In this document: positions 41,632-53,271 of the stretch, one piece after another
How positions within the stretch are numbered: position 1 is the first letter of the stretch
Layout: each line of letters opens with the position of its first letter
From: Desulfosoma sp.
GTDB taxonomy: Bacteria; Desulfobacterota; Syntrophobacteria; Syntrophobacterales; DSM-9756
Assembly: GCA_037481835.1 (NCBI GenBank)
Contig: JBBFKW010000012.1
Location: 93,505 to 157,504 of the forward strand
Reading direction: 5' to 3'
Length of the DNA: 64,000 nucleotides
Notes under the pieces: model-generated
The model's input: the letters and a program-made list of their open reading frames with translations, nothing else
Databases searched by the model: none
Told to the model about the DNA's origin: nothing
Made by a program: the position numbers and the translations under genes

Positions 41632-42810
41632 ATGGAACAAGCCGTCATTGTCAGTGCCGTTCGAACACCCGTTGGTTCTTTCGGAAAATCCCTCACCTCC
41701 GTCCCCGCCGTGCGCCTCGGTGTCATCGCCCTGAAGGAAGCCTTGAAGCGCGTGGGGCTTTCCCCCGAGCAGGTGGACGAAGTCATCCTGGGTAACGTTT
41801 TGCAGGCGGCCCAGGGCCAAAACCCCGCCCGGCAAGTGGCCGTCCATGCGGGCATTCCCCATGAAGTCCCGGCCTTCACCATCAACAAGGTGTGCGCTTC
41901 GGGCTTGAAATCAGTGATCCTGGCGGCGCAGGCCGTCGCCCTTGGAGATGCGGAAATCGTCGTGGCGGGCGGCATCGAAAACATGAGCGCCTCGCCCTAT
42001 GCCCTCACCCAGGCCCGGTGGGGGCAGCGCATGGGCCATGGAGAAATCCTGGACCTCATGATCCACGACGGACTGTGGGACATCTTCAACGGCTGCCACA
42101 TGGGGATCACGGCGGAAAACGTGGCGGCCAAGTACGGCATCAGCCGGGAAGAACAGGATCGGTTCGCCCTATCCAGCCAGGCCAAGGCGGAAGCCGCCAT
42201 CAAGGCCGGCCGGTTCAAAGACGAAATCGTTCCCGTGGAAATCCCCCAGCGCAAAGGCCCTGCCGTTGTGTTTGACACGGACGAACACCCCCGGTTCGGC
42301 ACCACTTTGGAAGCCTTGGCCAAGCTGCCTGCGGCCTTCAAGAAAGACGGGACCGTAACGGCGGGCAACGCTTCGGGCATCAACGACGGAGCGGCGATTC
42401 TCATCGTCATGTCTGAAAAGAAAGCCGCCTCTTTGGGGCTCACCCCGCTGGGCGCCATCCGGTCCTACGCTTCGGCCGGCGTGGATCCGGCCATCATGGG
42501 CACCGGCCCCATTCCCGCAAGCCGCAAGGCGCTCCAGAAAGCGGGCTGGTCGGTGCAGGATCTGGATCTTGTGGAAGCCAACGAAGCCTTTGCCGCCCAA
42601 GCCCTGGCTGTGAACAAGGAGCTGGGCTGGAACCCCGACATCGTCAACGTCAACGGTGGGGCTATCGCCATCGGCCATCCCATCGGAGCCTCCGGCGCTC
42701 GGATACTCACCACGCTGCTCCATGAAATGACCAAGCGAAACGCCCGCAAGGGCTTGGCCACCCTGTGCATCGGAGGGGGCCAAGGCTGCGCCCTGACCAT
42801 CGAACGCTAA
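41632..42810 (+). CDS. Acetyl-CoA acetyltransferase (thiolase)
   Basis: [28 protein letters not shown]. Confidence 0.96.
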   Translation: MEQAVIVSAVRTPVGSFGKSLTSVPAVRLGVIALKEALKRVGLSPEQVDEVILGNVLQAAQGQNPARQVAVHAGIPHEVPAFTINKVCASGLKSVILAAQAVALGDAEIVVAGGIENMSASPYALTQARWGQRMGHGEILDLMIHDGLWDIFNGCHMGITAENVAAKYGISREEQDRFALSSQAKAEAAIKAGRFKDEIVPVEIPQRKGPAVVFDTDEHPRFGTTLEALAKLPAAFKKDGTVTAGNASGINDGAAILIVMSEKKAASLGLTPLGAIRSYASAGVDPAIMGTGPIPASRKALQKAGWSVQDLDLVEANEAFAAQALAVNKELGWNPDIVNVNGGAIAIGHPIGASGARILTTLLHEMTKRNARKGLATLCIGGGQGCALTIER

Positions 42811-42834
42811 CTGCTGCAAAGGAGACATCCCGCC

Positions 42835-43626
42835 ATGGCATTTGAAAACATTCTCTTCGATGTGCAAGACCAGGTGGCCTTGGTGACGATCAATCGCCCC
42901 AAATCCCTCAATGCGCTCAATCCGAAGACCTTGGAAGAACTTGATGAAGCCGTGCGGCGGGTGAGCCAAGACGATGCCCTCCGCGTGCTTGTGCTGACCG
43001 GGGCCGGTGAAAAGGCTTTTGTGGCCGGGGCCGACATCAGCGAATTCCCCAAGATGAATCCCCTCCAAGCCCGTCTTTTCGCCCAGAAAGGCCAAGACGT
43101 GTTTTTCGCTCTGGAAGCGCTCCCGAAGCCCGTCATCGCCTGCGTCAACGGCTTCGCTCTGGGCGGCGGTCTGGAACTGGCCATGAGCTGCGATTTCATT
43201 TACGCTTCCGAAAAAGCCAAATTCGGCCAACCGGAAATCAACCTGGGGATTCTGCCCGGTTTCGGCGGCACCCAGCGGCTCGCGCGGCTCGTCGGCCGGG
43301 CCAAGGCCAAGGAACTGTGCATGACCGGGGAAATGATCGATGCGGCAACCGCCCTGCAGCTCGGCCTTGTGGCCAAAGTCTTCCCAGCGGAGACGCTCCT
43401 GGAGGAAACCATGAAGGCGGCCAAGGCCATGGCCGCTAAGAGCGCCCTGGCCCTGCGGGCCATCAAGACCGTGGTGGACCGCGGCATGGATGCGGACCTC
43501 AAGACCGGATGCGCCCTGGAAGTGGAAGCCTTCGGTTTGTGCTTCGCCAGCGAAGACGCCAAGGAAGGAGCCGCAGCTTTCCTGGAAAAACGCAAACCCC
43601 AATTCAAGGGATCCTTCACCGCCTGA
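42835..43626 (+). CDS. Enoyl-CoA hydratase (crotonase)
   Basis: AFVAGADI, ALGGGLE, PEINLG..PGFGGTQRL. Confidence 0.95.
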   Translation: MAFENILFDVQDQVALVTINRPKSLNALNPKTLEELDEAVRRVSQDDALRVLVLTGAGEKAFVAGADISEFPKMNPLQARLFAQKGQDVFFALEALPKPVIACVNGFALGGGLELAMSCDFIYASEKAKFGQPEINLGILPGFGGTQRLARLVGRAKAKELCMTGEMIDAATALQLGLVAKVFPAETLLEETMKAAKAMAAKSALALRAIKTVVDRGMDADLKTGCALEVEAFGLCFASEDAKEGAAAFLEKRKPQFKGSFTA

Positions 43627-43672
43627 AAGGCGCCCCCTGTCACACAACTCATCGCCTTGGAGGACGAAAACC

Positions 43673-44821
43673 ATGCATTTTGAACTCACCGAAGAACAAA
43701 AGATGATCCAGGACATGGCGCGCAAATTCGCCGAAAGGGAAATCGCCCCCGTGGCCGCCGAATTGGACCGCACCCATCGCCACCCGGAAGAAATCGTCAA
43801 AAAGATGGGCGAACTGGGCCTCATGGGCGTTACCATCCCGCCGGAATACGGGGGAGCCGGCATGGACTATATCTGCTACGTGCTGGCCATGATCGAAATC
43901 TCCAAAGCGTGCGCTTCGTGCGGTGTCATCATGAGCGTGTGCAACAGCTTGTACAACTTCCCCGTGTACACGTACGGGACGGAAGAGCAGAAACAGCAGT
44001 TCTTGACCCCGGTGGCCAGCGGCGAATACCTGGGCTGCTACGGCCTCACCGAAGCCGGCGCCGGATCCGACCCGGCCCGCATGCGCACCACGGCCGTGCT
44101 GGACGGCAATGAATGGGTCATCAACGGGGAAAAGAAATTCATCACCAACGGCAACGTGGCGCGCTACTGCGTGCTGGCGGCCGTGACCGACAAGGAAAAG
44201 GGCTACAAAGGGATCAGCTCCTTTCTGGTGGATCTGCACAACACGCCGGGTTTCCGCGTCGGCCGAGTGGAAGAAAAGCTCGGGATCAACGCATCGGGCA
44301 CGGCGGAACTGATTTTCGAAGATGCACGGATTCCCAAGGAAAACCTTCTGGGCAAGGAAGGCGAAGGCTTCAAACAGATGCTCACCACGCTGGACGGCGG
44401 CCGCATCGGCATCGCCTCCCAGGCCATCGGGATCGGCCGCGCAGTCCTGGAAGAAGCCATCGCCTACAGCAAAACGCGGGAGCAATTCGGCCGGCCCATC
44501 GCTTCTTTCCAGGCCATCCAATGGAAACTGGCGGATATCGCCACCCAACTGGACGCCGCCGAGCTGTTGACCCTCAGGGCTGCATGGCTCGAACAGAACA
44601 AGCGGGGCTACGAAAAGGAAGCCGCCATGGCTAAGATGTACGCTTCGGACACGGCCATGTGGGCCGCTGTGGAAGGCGTCCAAATCCTGGGCGGCTACGG
44701 CTACTGCAAGGAATACCCCATGGAACGGCATCTGCGCGATGCCAAGATCACTCAGATTTACGAGGGCACCAACGAAATCATGCGATTGGTGATCTCCCGA
44801 AACATCCTGGGAAAAATCTAA
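43673..44821 (+). CDS. Acyl-CoA dehydrogenase (butyryl-CoA DH-like)
   Basis: LTEAGAGSD, KFITNG, REQFG, GGYGY, IYEGT. Confidence 0.95.
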   Translation: MHFELTEEQKMIQDMARKFAEREIAPVAAELDRTHRHPEEIVKKMGELGLMGVTIPPEYGGAGMDYICYVLAMIEISKACASCGVIMSVCNSLYNFPVYTYGTEEQKQQFLTPVASGEYLGCYGLTEAGAGSDPARMRTTAVLDGNEWVINGEKKFITNGNVARYCVLAAVTDKEKGYKGISSFLVDLHNTPGFRVGRVEEKLGINASGTAELIFEDARIPKENLLGKEGEGFKQMLTTLDGGRIGIASQAIGIGRAVLEEAIAYSKTREQFGRPIASFQAIQWKLADIATQLDAAELLTLRAAWLEQNKRGYEKEAAMAKMYASDTAMWAAVEGVQILGGYGYCKEYPMERHLRDAKITQIYEGTNEIMRLVISRNILGKI

Positions 44822-44873
44822 AGGAACGGGGGGCCTGCACAGCCCCCTCGCCCATCGTTTCCCGTTGACTCAT

Positions 44874-44905
44874 AAAAAAACCCCGGAAGCTTCCGGGGTT
44901 TTTTT
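44874..44905. terminator. Bidirectional intrinsic terminator
   Basis: A7-CCCCGGAAGCTTCCGGGG-T7 palindrome between convergent genes. Confidence 0.88.
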
Positions 44906-44986
44906 ATGGCAAACTGCAGGCTCACCGACCGGGCGCGACGGTCCCTTTTGGAGACACGGACGCCGGATGGGGCGGCGTGCGGGCCT

Positions 44987-45178
44987 TTAAATGCCCTGCA
45001 GGCGGCGCATCCGACGTTGGATTCTCTTAATGGCTTTTTTCCGCTTGATACGGCGGCGTTCACCCTTGGAGAGGTAGTAGTTGTGCCGCCGCAAAACGGG
45101 CTGGACGTTCTTTTGAAAGTCCTTTCGCAGTTTGCGGATCTTCTTTTCGAAACTCTCCCTGGCCTCCGGTTCGGTCAT
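44987..45178 (-). CDS. rpsU: 30S ribosomal protein bS21-like (divergent)
   Basis: 63 aa, very basic, ESFEKKIRKLRK...YYLSKGERRRIKRKKA pattern. Confidence 0.7.
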   Translation of the reverse strand: MTEPEARESFEKKIRKLRKDFQKNVQPVLRRHNYYLSKGERRRIKRKKAIKRIQRRMRRLQGI

Positions 45179-45346
45179 CCAGAATTCACCTGCCTTTCAG
45201 CAACAAAAAAACCCTCGCGGGGTTTCCGTTGGAATCGACCCGTGCGGCGTCCGGCACACCGCAGGGGGTGGATAAGGTCGGGAGCCTGCCGTTTCGCTCT
45301 AAAACGATTTTCTTTAGCACGGGGCACGCCGCGAAGCAACGTCTTT

Positions 45347-47389
45347 TTAAGAACTGAGGGCGTCGTAGCGGAAAAACTGCATGGTAAAGGTGGCCCGTCC
45401 CTGGCTGGCCGAACGCAATGCCGTGGAATAGCCGAACATCTTGGACAGAGCGACCGTGGCGTCCACGACCTGGATGCCCTTCTTGGCCGTGATGCCTTCG
45501 ATGCGGGCCTTGCGAAGATTCAAATCGGCGATGACGTCCCCCAGGAATTCGTCGGGCGTGAGGACTTCCACGCGCATGTACGGTTCGAGAAGGATGGGTT
45601 CCCCCTTATGGAAGGCGTCGCGAAACGCCATGGAGGCCGCCACTCGATAGGCCAACTCCGTGGACAGCCCCTCCCGGTGCTCCCCTCCAATGACCGCCAC
45701 TTCCACATCCACCACGGGGTAGCCCATGAGATCCCCGCTGGTAAAGGCATCCATCACCCCGGCCTCCACCACGGGCAACCACGTTTCCGGGATGGAGGCG
45801 TCCCGCACCCGATGGACCACCCTGTTGCCCTTGCCCCGCTCCCGGGGTTCCAGGCTGAGTTCCACGGCGGCAAAATGCTTGGTCCCGCCGATGTCCCGCT
45901 CGAAAACCCCTCGACCCAAAGCCGCTTTCTGGATCGTCTCGCGATAGACCACCTGCGGTTTTCCGGCGTTCACCCCCACGGCGTAGTCCCGCTCCAGGCG
46001 GCTCAGCAGGATCTCCAAATGGAGTTCCCCCATGCCGCGGATGACCATCTGTCCGGTGTCCGGGTCTTCCTTGAAGCGAAAGGTGGGGTCTTCATCGGCC
46101 AGTTTGGCCAAGGCGTCGGGAAGCTTTTCCTGGTCCGCCCGGGTCTTGGGTTCCACGGCCACGGCGATGACCGGTTCGTAGATGTCGATGGGTTCCAAAA
46201 GAATGGGATGTTTCTCGTCACAAAGGGTATCGCCCGTTCCGGCGGATTTGAGTCCCATGAGGGCGACGATGCTGCCGGCTCCCGCTTCTTCGAGCCGTTC
46301 CCGCTTGTTGGCGTGCATGCGGAAGATGCGGGAAAGTTTTTCCCGAGTGCGCTGTCTGGCGTTGTACACCGTGTCCCCGGCCTTGAGCTTTCCCGAATAG
46401 ATTCGCGCGTAGGTGAGCTTACGGCCTTGATCCATGAAGATTTTGAAGGCCAGGGCTGCCAGGGGTTCGTTGTCGTCGGCCAGCCGTTGGACGGTTTCCT
46501 GCGTCACGGGATCAATCCCTTGGACCGGCGGGATGTCCAAGGGACATGGGAGATATTGGACCACGGCGTCCAAAAGCGGTTGGATCCCCTTATTGCGCAA
46601 AGCAGCGCCGCACAGGACCGGTACGGCTTCCAGCTCCAGGGTAAGGCGGCGCAGCACGGTTTCAATCTCTTCAGGGGAGACGGGCCGCCCTTCTATGTAT
46701 TTTTCCATGATCCCGTCGTCCCGCTCCGCCACCTTGGCCAGAAGCTCGTCCCGGGCTTCCGCGGCGGCGTCGGCCAACTGAGGGTCAATGGGCATGTAGG
46801 TGTATTCCGCTCCCAGGGTTTCGTCTTTCCAGACGATCTGGCGCATGTGGATGAGATCCACCACGCCGCGGAAGTCGGACTCCCGTCCCACGGGGATCTG
46901 CACCGCGATGGGATCGGCCTGGAGCTTTTCCCGCATCTGTTCCAGGACGTGGCGGAAATCGGCCCCGATGCGATCCATCTTGTTGACGAAAGCGATCTTC
47001 GGCACACGGTATTTGTCAGCCTGCCGCCACACGGTCTCCGATTGAGGCTCCACACCGCCCACGGCGCAAAAGACGGCCACGGCCCCGTCCAAAACCCGCA
47101 GAGACCGCTCCACTTCGATGGTAAAGTCCACATGGCCCGGAGTGTCGATGAGCTGGATCTGGTACCCGTTCCATTCGCATGTCGTCACGGCCGACGTGAT
47201 GGTGATCCCCCGCTCCTGCTCCTGTTCCATCCAGTCCATCACGGTGGTCCCTTCGTGCACTTCGCCGATCTTGTGAGACCGTCCCGTGTAATAGAGGATG
47301 CGCTCGCTCACCGTGGTCTTTCCCGCATCGATGTGCGCGATGATCCCGATGTTGCGGATCTTTTTCAGCCGCTGCATTGCCGCTTTCAT
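45347..47389 (-). CDS. fusA: Elongation factor G, second copy outside the str operon
   Basis: [38 protein letters not shown]. Confidence 0.93.
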   Translation of the reverse strand: MKAAMQRLKKIRNIGIIAHIDAGKTTVSERILYYTGRSHKIGEVHEGTTVMDWMEQEQERGITITSAVTTCEWNGYQIQLIDTPGHVDFTIEVERSLRVLDGAVAVFCAVGGVEPQSETVWRQADKYRVPKIAFVNKMDRIGADFRHVLEQMREKLQADPIAVQIPVGRESDFRGVVDLIHMRQIVWKDETLGAEYTYMPIDPQLADAAAEARDELLAKVAERDDGIMEKYIEGRPVSPEEIETVLRRLTLELEAVPVLCGAALRNKGIQPLLDAVVQYLPCPLDIPPVQGIDPVTQETVQRLADDNEPLAALAFKIFMDQGRKLTYARIYSGKLKAGDTVYNARQRTREKLSRIFRMHANKRERLEEAGAGSIVALMGLKSAGTGDTLCDEKHPILLEPIDIYEPVIAVAVEPKTRADQEKLPDALAKLADEDPTFRFKEDPDTGQMVIRGMGELHLEILLSRLERDYAVGVNAGKPQVVYRETIQKAALGRGVFERDIGGTKHFAAVELSLEPRERGKGNRVVHRVRDASIPETWLPVVEAGVMDAFTSGDLMGYPVVDVEVAVIGGEHREGLSTELAYRVAASMAFRDAFHKGEPILLEPYMRVEVLTPDEFLGDVIADLNLRKARIEGITAKKGIQVVDATVALSKMFGYSTALRSASQGRATFTMQFFRYDALSS

Positions 47390-47501
47390 CGCCTCACCCC
47401 TTGGTGGCCGCCCGGCGTGGGGAACATCCCTTGCAATCCCTCCGCACGTGATTAACGATTTATATGTCCGTGTCATTCCGTTGCGCGAAGGAGGGTTCCT
47501 T

Positions 47502-47717
47502 ATGCCGCGTGCACGAACTGCCCGAGATTTCCGAGCCGCCCCGCCCCGATCCAACGTGCAGGCTGTGCCCAACCCCGTGGCCTGCCGCGAAGGGCGAGGC
47601 GTCCGCCATTTCGACTGCCCCTACTACGACGCGTGCCTGGACAAGGCCGCTAAAGGCTTGTGGGCGGGATTCACCTGCGCCCACTGCCTTTTCTACCTCA
47701 ACCGTGCCACCGACTGA
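47502..47717 (+). CDS. Small Cys-rich hypothetical protein (71 aa)
   Basis: AAGGAGG RBS; CPYYDAC...FTCAHC; terminator follows. Confidence 0.65.
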   Translation: MPRARTARDFRAAPPRSNVQAVPNPVACREGRGVRHFDCPYYDACLDKAAKGLWAGFTCAHCLFYLNRATD

Positions 47718-47753
47718 AAATGAAGAGTTGTCGCCCAGGCGCTTCGGCCTGCA

Positions 47754-47792
47754 TAAAAAAAGCCCGGTGCCATGGAGTGCCGGGCTGTTTTT
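47754..47792. terminator. Intrinsic terminator
   Basis: A-tract, AGCCCGG.../CCGGGCT, T-tract. Confidence 0.7.
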
Positions 47793-48075
47793 GCGCCGCC
47801 GGTTCGTGCGGGAGAGCACCGTGGCTTTGTGGAAAGCGTGTCCCCCCACGCCACCCTGACAGTTCCCCACACCGAGAGCCCTCGTCAGGAGCTTTCTCGT
47901 GACGGTCAAGTGCCATTGGACTCTGCACGCGCCGTAGAGGTGCAAATCGGGCTTGAAATGCCGCTTTTCTGAATTGGTCGGTTTTTTTCTCGTGGCGCCG
48001 TTCCGGGGCGGGTTTTACGCCGCCCGAGAACGAATCGATCTTTCGGCCGAGCGGCGTTTATCGTCCCCGACTCAT

Positions 48076-48106
48076 GTCGGGGTTCGCTGCGCTCACCCCA
48101 ACCTAC
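48076..48106. repeat. Third GTAG-family REP copy
   Basis: One mismatch to 17022-17052. Confidence 0.85.
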
Positions 48107-48143
48107 CCATCCTTGAACCAACCGGTCCATTGTCACACAACCG

Positions 48144-48269
48144 CTAGGAGGCTGTCTGAGAACGAACCCGAAGGCCTCTTCTCCTGGGAGCGCGGGCCTC
48201 CGGCCCGCACGAGAAGCGGGCGAGACGCCCGCGCTCCCAGGACTATGCCATTCTCGGACAAGCTCCTAG
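48144..48269. mobile_element. Putative MITE with CTAG target duplication
   Basis: CTAG-GAGGCTGTCTGAGAA...TTCTCGGACAAGCTC-CTAG (12/15 IR) enclosing a 16-bp perfect hairpin. Confidence 0.65.
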
Positions 48270-48682
48270 GCCTCTGCGGCCTCCTTGTCCTGGGCGCGGG
48301 GTTTCTTTTTGGGCTTGGCCTTGATCTCCGAGCCCGTGAGCTCGATCAGGCACATGGGCGCCCCATCCCCTTTGCGATACCCCATCTTTACGATTCGCGT
48401 GTAGCCCCCCTGGCGGGTCTGGTATCGCGGGCCCAGTTCCGTAAAGAGCTTCCGAACCACGTCTTTTCGGCGCACGACGGCCAAAGCCTGGCGCCGTGCA
48501 TGGAGGTCTCCGCGTTTTCCCAGGGTGATCATGGAATCGGCCCATCGCCGGATTTCCTTGGCCTTGGGGACCGTGGTCACGATTCTTTCATGCTCCAAAA
48601 GCGATGTCACCATATTGCGAAACATGCCCGACCGGTGGCTGGAAGTCCTGTTGAGCTTCCGACCCGATTTCCTGTGGCGCAT
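48266..48682 (-). CDS. rplQ: 50S ribosomal protein L17
   Basis: [18 protein letters not shown]. Confidence 0.97.
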   Translation of the reverse strand: MRHRKSGRKLNRTSSHRSGMFRNMVTSLLEHERIVTTVPKAKEIRRWADSMITLGKRGDLHARRQALAVVRRKDVVRKLFTELGPRYQTRQGGYTRIVKMGYRKGDGAPMCLIELTGSEIKAKPKKKPRAQDKEAAEA

Positions 48683-48684
48683 GG

Positions 48685-49695
48685 CTATTCCTCTTCCTTT
48701 CTCCGCTGTTCGATCTCTTCACGACTCGGAAAGTTGTCCAGCTTCATGCCCAGGGACAGGCCCATTTCGGCCAGGATTTCCTTGATTTCGTTCAGAGACT
48801 TGCGGCCGAAATTCTTCGTCCTGAGCATCTCCGATTCGGTCTTTTGCACGAGTTCGCCGATGTAGCGGATGTCCGCGTTTTTCAAGCAGTTGGCGCTGCG
48901 CACGGACAGCTCCAGCTCATCCACGCTGCGGAACAGGTTCTCGTTGAGCGGCGGCTCCTCAGCCGCCTCTTCCGTGAACGTCGGCGCCTCGTATTCTTCG
49001 AAGTTCACGAAGACGCTCAGCTGGTCCTTAAGGATTTTCGCCGCCATGGCCAGGGCGTCTTCCGGTGTGACGCTCCCGTCGGTCCAAATCTCCATGGTCA
49101 GCTTATCATAGTCCGTTCGCTGGCCCACGCGGGCCTGGCTCACGTTGTAGCTGACCTTGCGAACCGGCGTGAAGATGGCGTCGATGGGGATGGTCCCGAT
49201 GGTTTCGATCTTTTCCGGATCCCATTCGGCCGGTTCATACCCTTTGCCTTCTTCCACCACCAGTTCCATTCGGACTTTGCCGTCCCGGGCCAGGGTGCAG
49301 ATGTGTTTTCCCGGGTTCAAGATGGTCACGGACGTATCCGTTCGGATATCTCCGGCCGTCACAGGCCCTTCCCCGGCTTTTTCCAGGATAAGGTGTTTCG
49401 GCCCGTCCCCGTTGAGCCGCAAGCGCACTTCCTTGAGGTTGAGGACGATGTCGGTCACGTCCTCCACCACGCCCGGAGCCGACGAAAATTCATGGAGCAC
49501 CCCGTCGATCTTAACGGCCGTAATGGCAGCACCCCGCAGGGATGAAAGCAGAACCCGCCGCAGGGCATTGCCCAGCGTCGTCCCGAAACCGCGCTCCAGC
49601 GGCTCGCACGTGAACTTAGCGTAGCGCGTAGGGTCCTCCCCGGGCTCTACCGCCAGGGGCTTCGGTCGAATCAACTCGCGCCAGTTTTTCTCCAT
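48685..49695 (-). CDS. rpoA: RNA polymerase alpha subunit
   Basis: [28 protein letters not shown]. Confidence 0.98.
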   Translation of the reverse strand: MEKNWRELIRPKPLAVEPGEDPTRYAKFTCEPLERGFGTTLGNALRRVLLSSLRGAAITAVKIDGVLHEFSSAPGVVEDVTDIVLNLKEVRLRLNGDGPKHLILEKAGEGPVTAGDIRTDTSVTILNPGKHICTLARDGKVRMELVVEEGKGYEPAEWDPEKIETIGTIPIDAIFTPVRKVSYNVSQARVGQRTDYDKLTMEIWTDGSVTPEDALAMAAKILKDQLSVFVNFEEYEAPTFTEEAAEEPPLNENLFRSVDELELSVRSANCLKNADIRYIGELVQKTESEMLRTKNFGRKSLNEIKEILAEMGLSLGMKLDNFPSREEIEQRRKEEE

Positions 49696-49823
49696 ACCCG
49701 TCCTCATAAGCCTTCGGCCCCCATGCCGGAACCTCCGCCCCGACAAAAGGCCTCAGAAAACGGACAGAGGACCCTGCCCCGTGCATGGACCCTCCGCCCA
49801 TAAGCCACAATGTCGATGAGATG

Positions 49824-50450
49824 TTACTTGGAGTAGAATTCCACCACCAAATGCTCTTGCACGGGCAGCGGCATTTCATCTCGGGTCGGAAGGCTCCGGA
49901 ACGTGCCCCGGTACGCTTCCTTGTCCAGCTCCAGCCAGGGGACCAGGCCGCGGCGCGGCAGGGCGTCCAGAGCTTCGTTGATCACTTCCAACTGCCGGCT
50001 CTTCTCGCGGACGGCGATCACATCGCCCGGGCGCAGCAAGTAGGACGGGATGTTCACCTTTCGGCCGTTGACCAGGAAGTGGTTGTGCCGGACCAGCTGG
50101 CGCGCCTGGGCGCGTGAGTTGGCGAATCCCAGTCGGAAGACCGTGTTGTCCAGGCGACGTTCCAGAAGGATCAGGAAGTTCACGCCGGTCACGCCTTTTT
50201 GACGATCCGCTTCCTTGAAATAGGCCTTGAACTGTTTTTCCTGCAGGCCGTACATCCTCTTGATTTTTTGCTTTTCCCGGAGCTGCACCCCGTAGTCGGA
50301 CAGCTTCCCGCGCCGCTGTCCGTGCTGCCCCGGCGCATAGTTGCGGCGCTCGAAGGCGCATTTATCCGAATAACACCGATCGCCTTTCAGATAGAGCTTC
50401 ATGCTCTCCCGGCGGCAGAGCCGACATTGCGGACCAGTATATCGAGCCAA
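49824..50450 (-). CDS. rpsD: 30S ribosomal protein S4
   Basis: MARYTG, LERRLDN. Confidence 0.97.
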   Translation of the reverse strand: MARYTGPQCRLCRRESMKLYLKGDRCYSDKCAFERRNYAPGQHGQRRGKLSDYGVQLREKQKIKRMYGLQEKQFKAYFKEADRQKGVTGVNFLILLERRLDNTVFRLGFANSRAQARQLVRHNHFLVNGRKVNIPSYLLRPGDVIAVREKSRQLEVINEALDALPRRGLVPWLELDKEAYRGTFRSLPTRDEMPLPVQEHLVVEFYSK

Positions 50451-50504
50451 GACCGATTCCTCCTTATGGGCATGGCGCCACAGGGGCGCCGACCGATGAC
50501 GCCA

Positions 50505-50897
50505 TTAAACGCGACGGCGCTTGGGCGGCCGACATCCGTTGTGAGGGATGGGCGTCACATCTCGGATCACCGTCACATTCAACCCCGCAGCCTGAAGAGC
50601 CCTCAGGGCCGCCTCACGGCCGGACCCCGGCCCCTTGACGTAGACTTCCACGTTCTGCAGGCCGTGTTCCATGGCGGCTTTGGCCGCCGCCTGAGCTGCG
50701 GTCTGCGCCGCGAAGGGCGTGCTCTTGCGCGAGCCCTTGAAGCCCTGGTTGCCGCCGCTGGCCCATGAGAGCGTGTTGCCGCTCATATCCGTGATCGTCA
50801 CGATGGTGTTGTTGAAGGTCGAACGGATGTGTGCGATCCCGTTCTGAATGTTTTTCCGCTCTTTTTTCTTGCGCGGACCGCCTCTGCCCCGTGCCAT
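50505..50897 (-). CDS. rpsK: 30S ribosomal protein S11
   Basis: [19 protein letters not shown]. Confidence 0.97.
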   Translation of the reverse strand: MARGRGGPRKKKERKNIQNGIAHIRSTFNNTIVTITDMSGNTLSWASGGNQGFKGSRKSTPFAAQTAAQAAAKAAMEHGLQNVEVYVKGPGSGREAALRALQAAGLNVTVIRDVTPIPHNGCRPPKRRRV

Positions 50898-50912
50898 TGT
50901 GCCTCCCATCCC

Positions 50913-51284
50913 TTACTTTTTGCGTTTTCCGATAACCGACCGACGAGGACCCTTGCGCGTCCTGGCATTGGTATGGGTCCGTTGCCCCCTGACGGGCAAG
51001 CCGCGCCGATGCCTCAGGCCCCGGTAGCAGCCCAAATCCATCAAGCGCTTGATGTTCATGGAAACTTCCGCACGAAGATCCCCTTCCACTTTATAGTGGG
51101 TGTCGATGACGCGGCGGATGGACGTGATCTGTTCTTCCGTCAAATCATCCGATTTGGTCCCCGGATCCACCTTGGCTTCTTCGAGGATCTTCAAGGCCGT
51201 GCTTCGCCCGATGCCATAGATATAGGTCAGAGCGATTTCCATGCGCTTGTTCTTCGGTAAATCGATGCCTGCAATCCGTGCCAA
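50913..51284 (-). CDS. rpsM: 30S ribosomal protein S13
   Basis: [23 protein letters not shown]. Confidence 0.97.
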   Translation of the reverse strand: MARIAGIDLPKNKRMEIALTYIYGIGRSTALKILEEAKVDPGTKSDDLTEEQITSIRRVIDTHYKVEGDLRAEVSMNIKRLMDLGCYRGLRHRRGLPVRGQRTHTNARTRKGPRRSVIGKRKK

Positions 51285-51299
51285 TGCCGTGTCCTCCAG

Positions 51300-51413
51300 T
51301 TAGCCTTGACGCTGTTTGTGCTTCGGATTCTCGCAGATGACGCGCACCTGGCCGTGTCGCCGGATGATCTTGCATTTGCGGCAGATGATCTTCACTGACG
51401 CCCGCACCTTCAT
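51300..51413 (-). CDS. rpmJ: 50S ribosomal protein L36 (not in ORF track)
   Basis: [37 protein letters not shown]. Confidence 0.96.
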   Translation of the reverse strand: MKVRASVKIICRKCKIIRRHGQVRVICENPKHKQRQG

Positions 51414-51449
51414 GGTTCACTCCCTTCTACACACCAGCACGCTGACTCG

Positions 51450-51671
51450 TCAGCTCTTGGCTCTGTAAATGATTCGGCCCCGGGTCAGGTCATAGGGGGA
51501 AAGCTCCACCGTCACCTTGTCGCCGGGCAAAATGCGGATGAAGTGCATGCGCATCTTCCCCGAAATGTGGGCGAGCACGCGGTGGCCGTTTTCCAGCTCG
51601 ACGCGAAACATGGCGTTAGGCAAAGGCTCGATGACCGTGCCTTCCACCTCAATCGCTTCTTCCTTGGCCAT
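51450..51671 (-). CDS. infA: Translation initiation factor IF-1
   Basis: [21 protein letters not shown]. Confidence 0.97.
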   Translation of the reverse strand: MAKEEAIEVEGTVIEPLPNAMFRVELENGHRVLAHISGKMRMHFIRILPGDKVTVELSPYDLTRGRIIYRAKS

Positions 51672-51760
51672 GGGGTCTTCCTCTGTTCAAGTCCCGGTCT
51701 TCTTCCGCACCAACGGAAACGCGCCATTATAGGCGCTCGAATTCGCTCTGTAAAGGTCTT

Positions 51761-52510
51761 TTACGGCCGGGACAGCACGTCCGGACCGTTCTCCGTCACC
51801 GCCACCGTGTGCTCGAAGTGGGCCGACAGTTTCCCGTCCGCAGTGACGGCGGTCCAACGGTCTTCCAGGATGCGGATGTCCGGGACCCCTTGGTTGATCA
51901 TGGGCTCGATGGCGAACACCATCCCCGCCTTCAGTTTGACGCCGCGGCCGGGAGGACCGAAATTTGGAATCTGTGGGCTTTCGTGGAGGTTTCGTCCAAT
52001 GCCGTGCCCCACGAATTCCCGCACCACGGAGTAGCCGAACGGCTCCACGTGGGCCTGGACAGCGTGGGAAATGTCCGAAAGGCGATTGCCCACCACCGCT
52101 TGGGCGATGGCCCGATCCAGGGCTTCCCGGGTGACACGGCACAGCCGCTCGGCCTCTTCCGAAATGCGCCCGACCGGAAGGGTCACAGCCGCGTCCCCGT
52201 AGTATCCATCGAGGACCACCCCGAAATCCACGCTGACGATGTCGCCTTCCTGGAGGATCCTCGTCTTGCTCGGCATGCCGTGCACCACTTCTTCGTTGAT
52301 GGAGGTGCACAGCGCATAAGGGAAGCCGTGATAGCCCTTGAAGGCCGGCACGGCTCCCCTCTTCAGTGCCTCTTCTTCACTGATGGCGTTGAGGTCCCAG
52401 GTGCTCACCCCAGGAGCGACCATCTCCCGGAGTCGCTCCAGGACCTCCGCCACGATCAGACACGCCTTTCGGATCTTTTCAATTTCTTCTGGGGTCTTGA
52501 GAATGATCAA
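51761..52510 (-). CDS. map: Methionine aminopeptidase type I
   Basis: VVHG, GHGIG..LHE, IEPM, SAHFEHT. Confidence 0.96.
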   Translation of the reverse strand: MIILKTPEEIEKIRKACLIVAEVLERLREMVAPGVSTWDLNAISEEEALKRGAVPAFKGYHGFPYALCTSINEEVVHGMPSKTRILQEGDIVSVDFGVVLDGYYGDAAVTLPVGRISEEAERLCRVTREALDRAIAQAVVGNRLSDISHAVQAHVEPFGYSVVREFVGHGIGRNLHESPQIPNFGPPGRGVKLKAGMVFAIEPMINQGVPDIRILEDRWTAVTADGKLSAHFEHTVAVTENGPDVLSRP

Positions 52511-52518
52511 AACGCCCT

Positions 52519-53184
<666 letters not shown>

Positions 53185-53271
53185 TCACACCAGTTCCAGA
53201 AAGCCCCCTAAGGTACCCGGGCGGCACTCTTGTCGTGCCCCACGCTTCCGTTTTCCGAGGCGCCCCCTGAT

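Noticed and set aside
47800..47970. Possible 6S or other ncRNA in the intergenic region
   Set aside because: Only short local hairpins; no recognisable family motif by eye (Rfam search needed)
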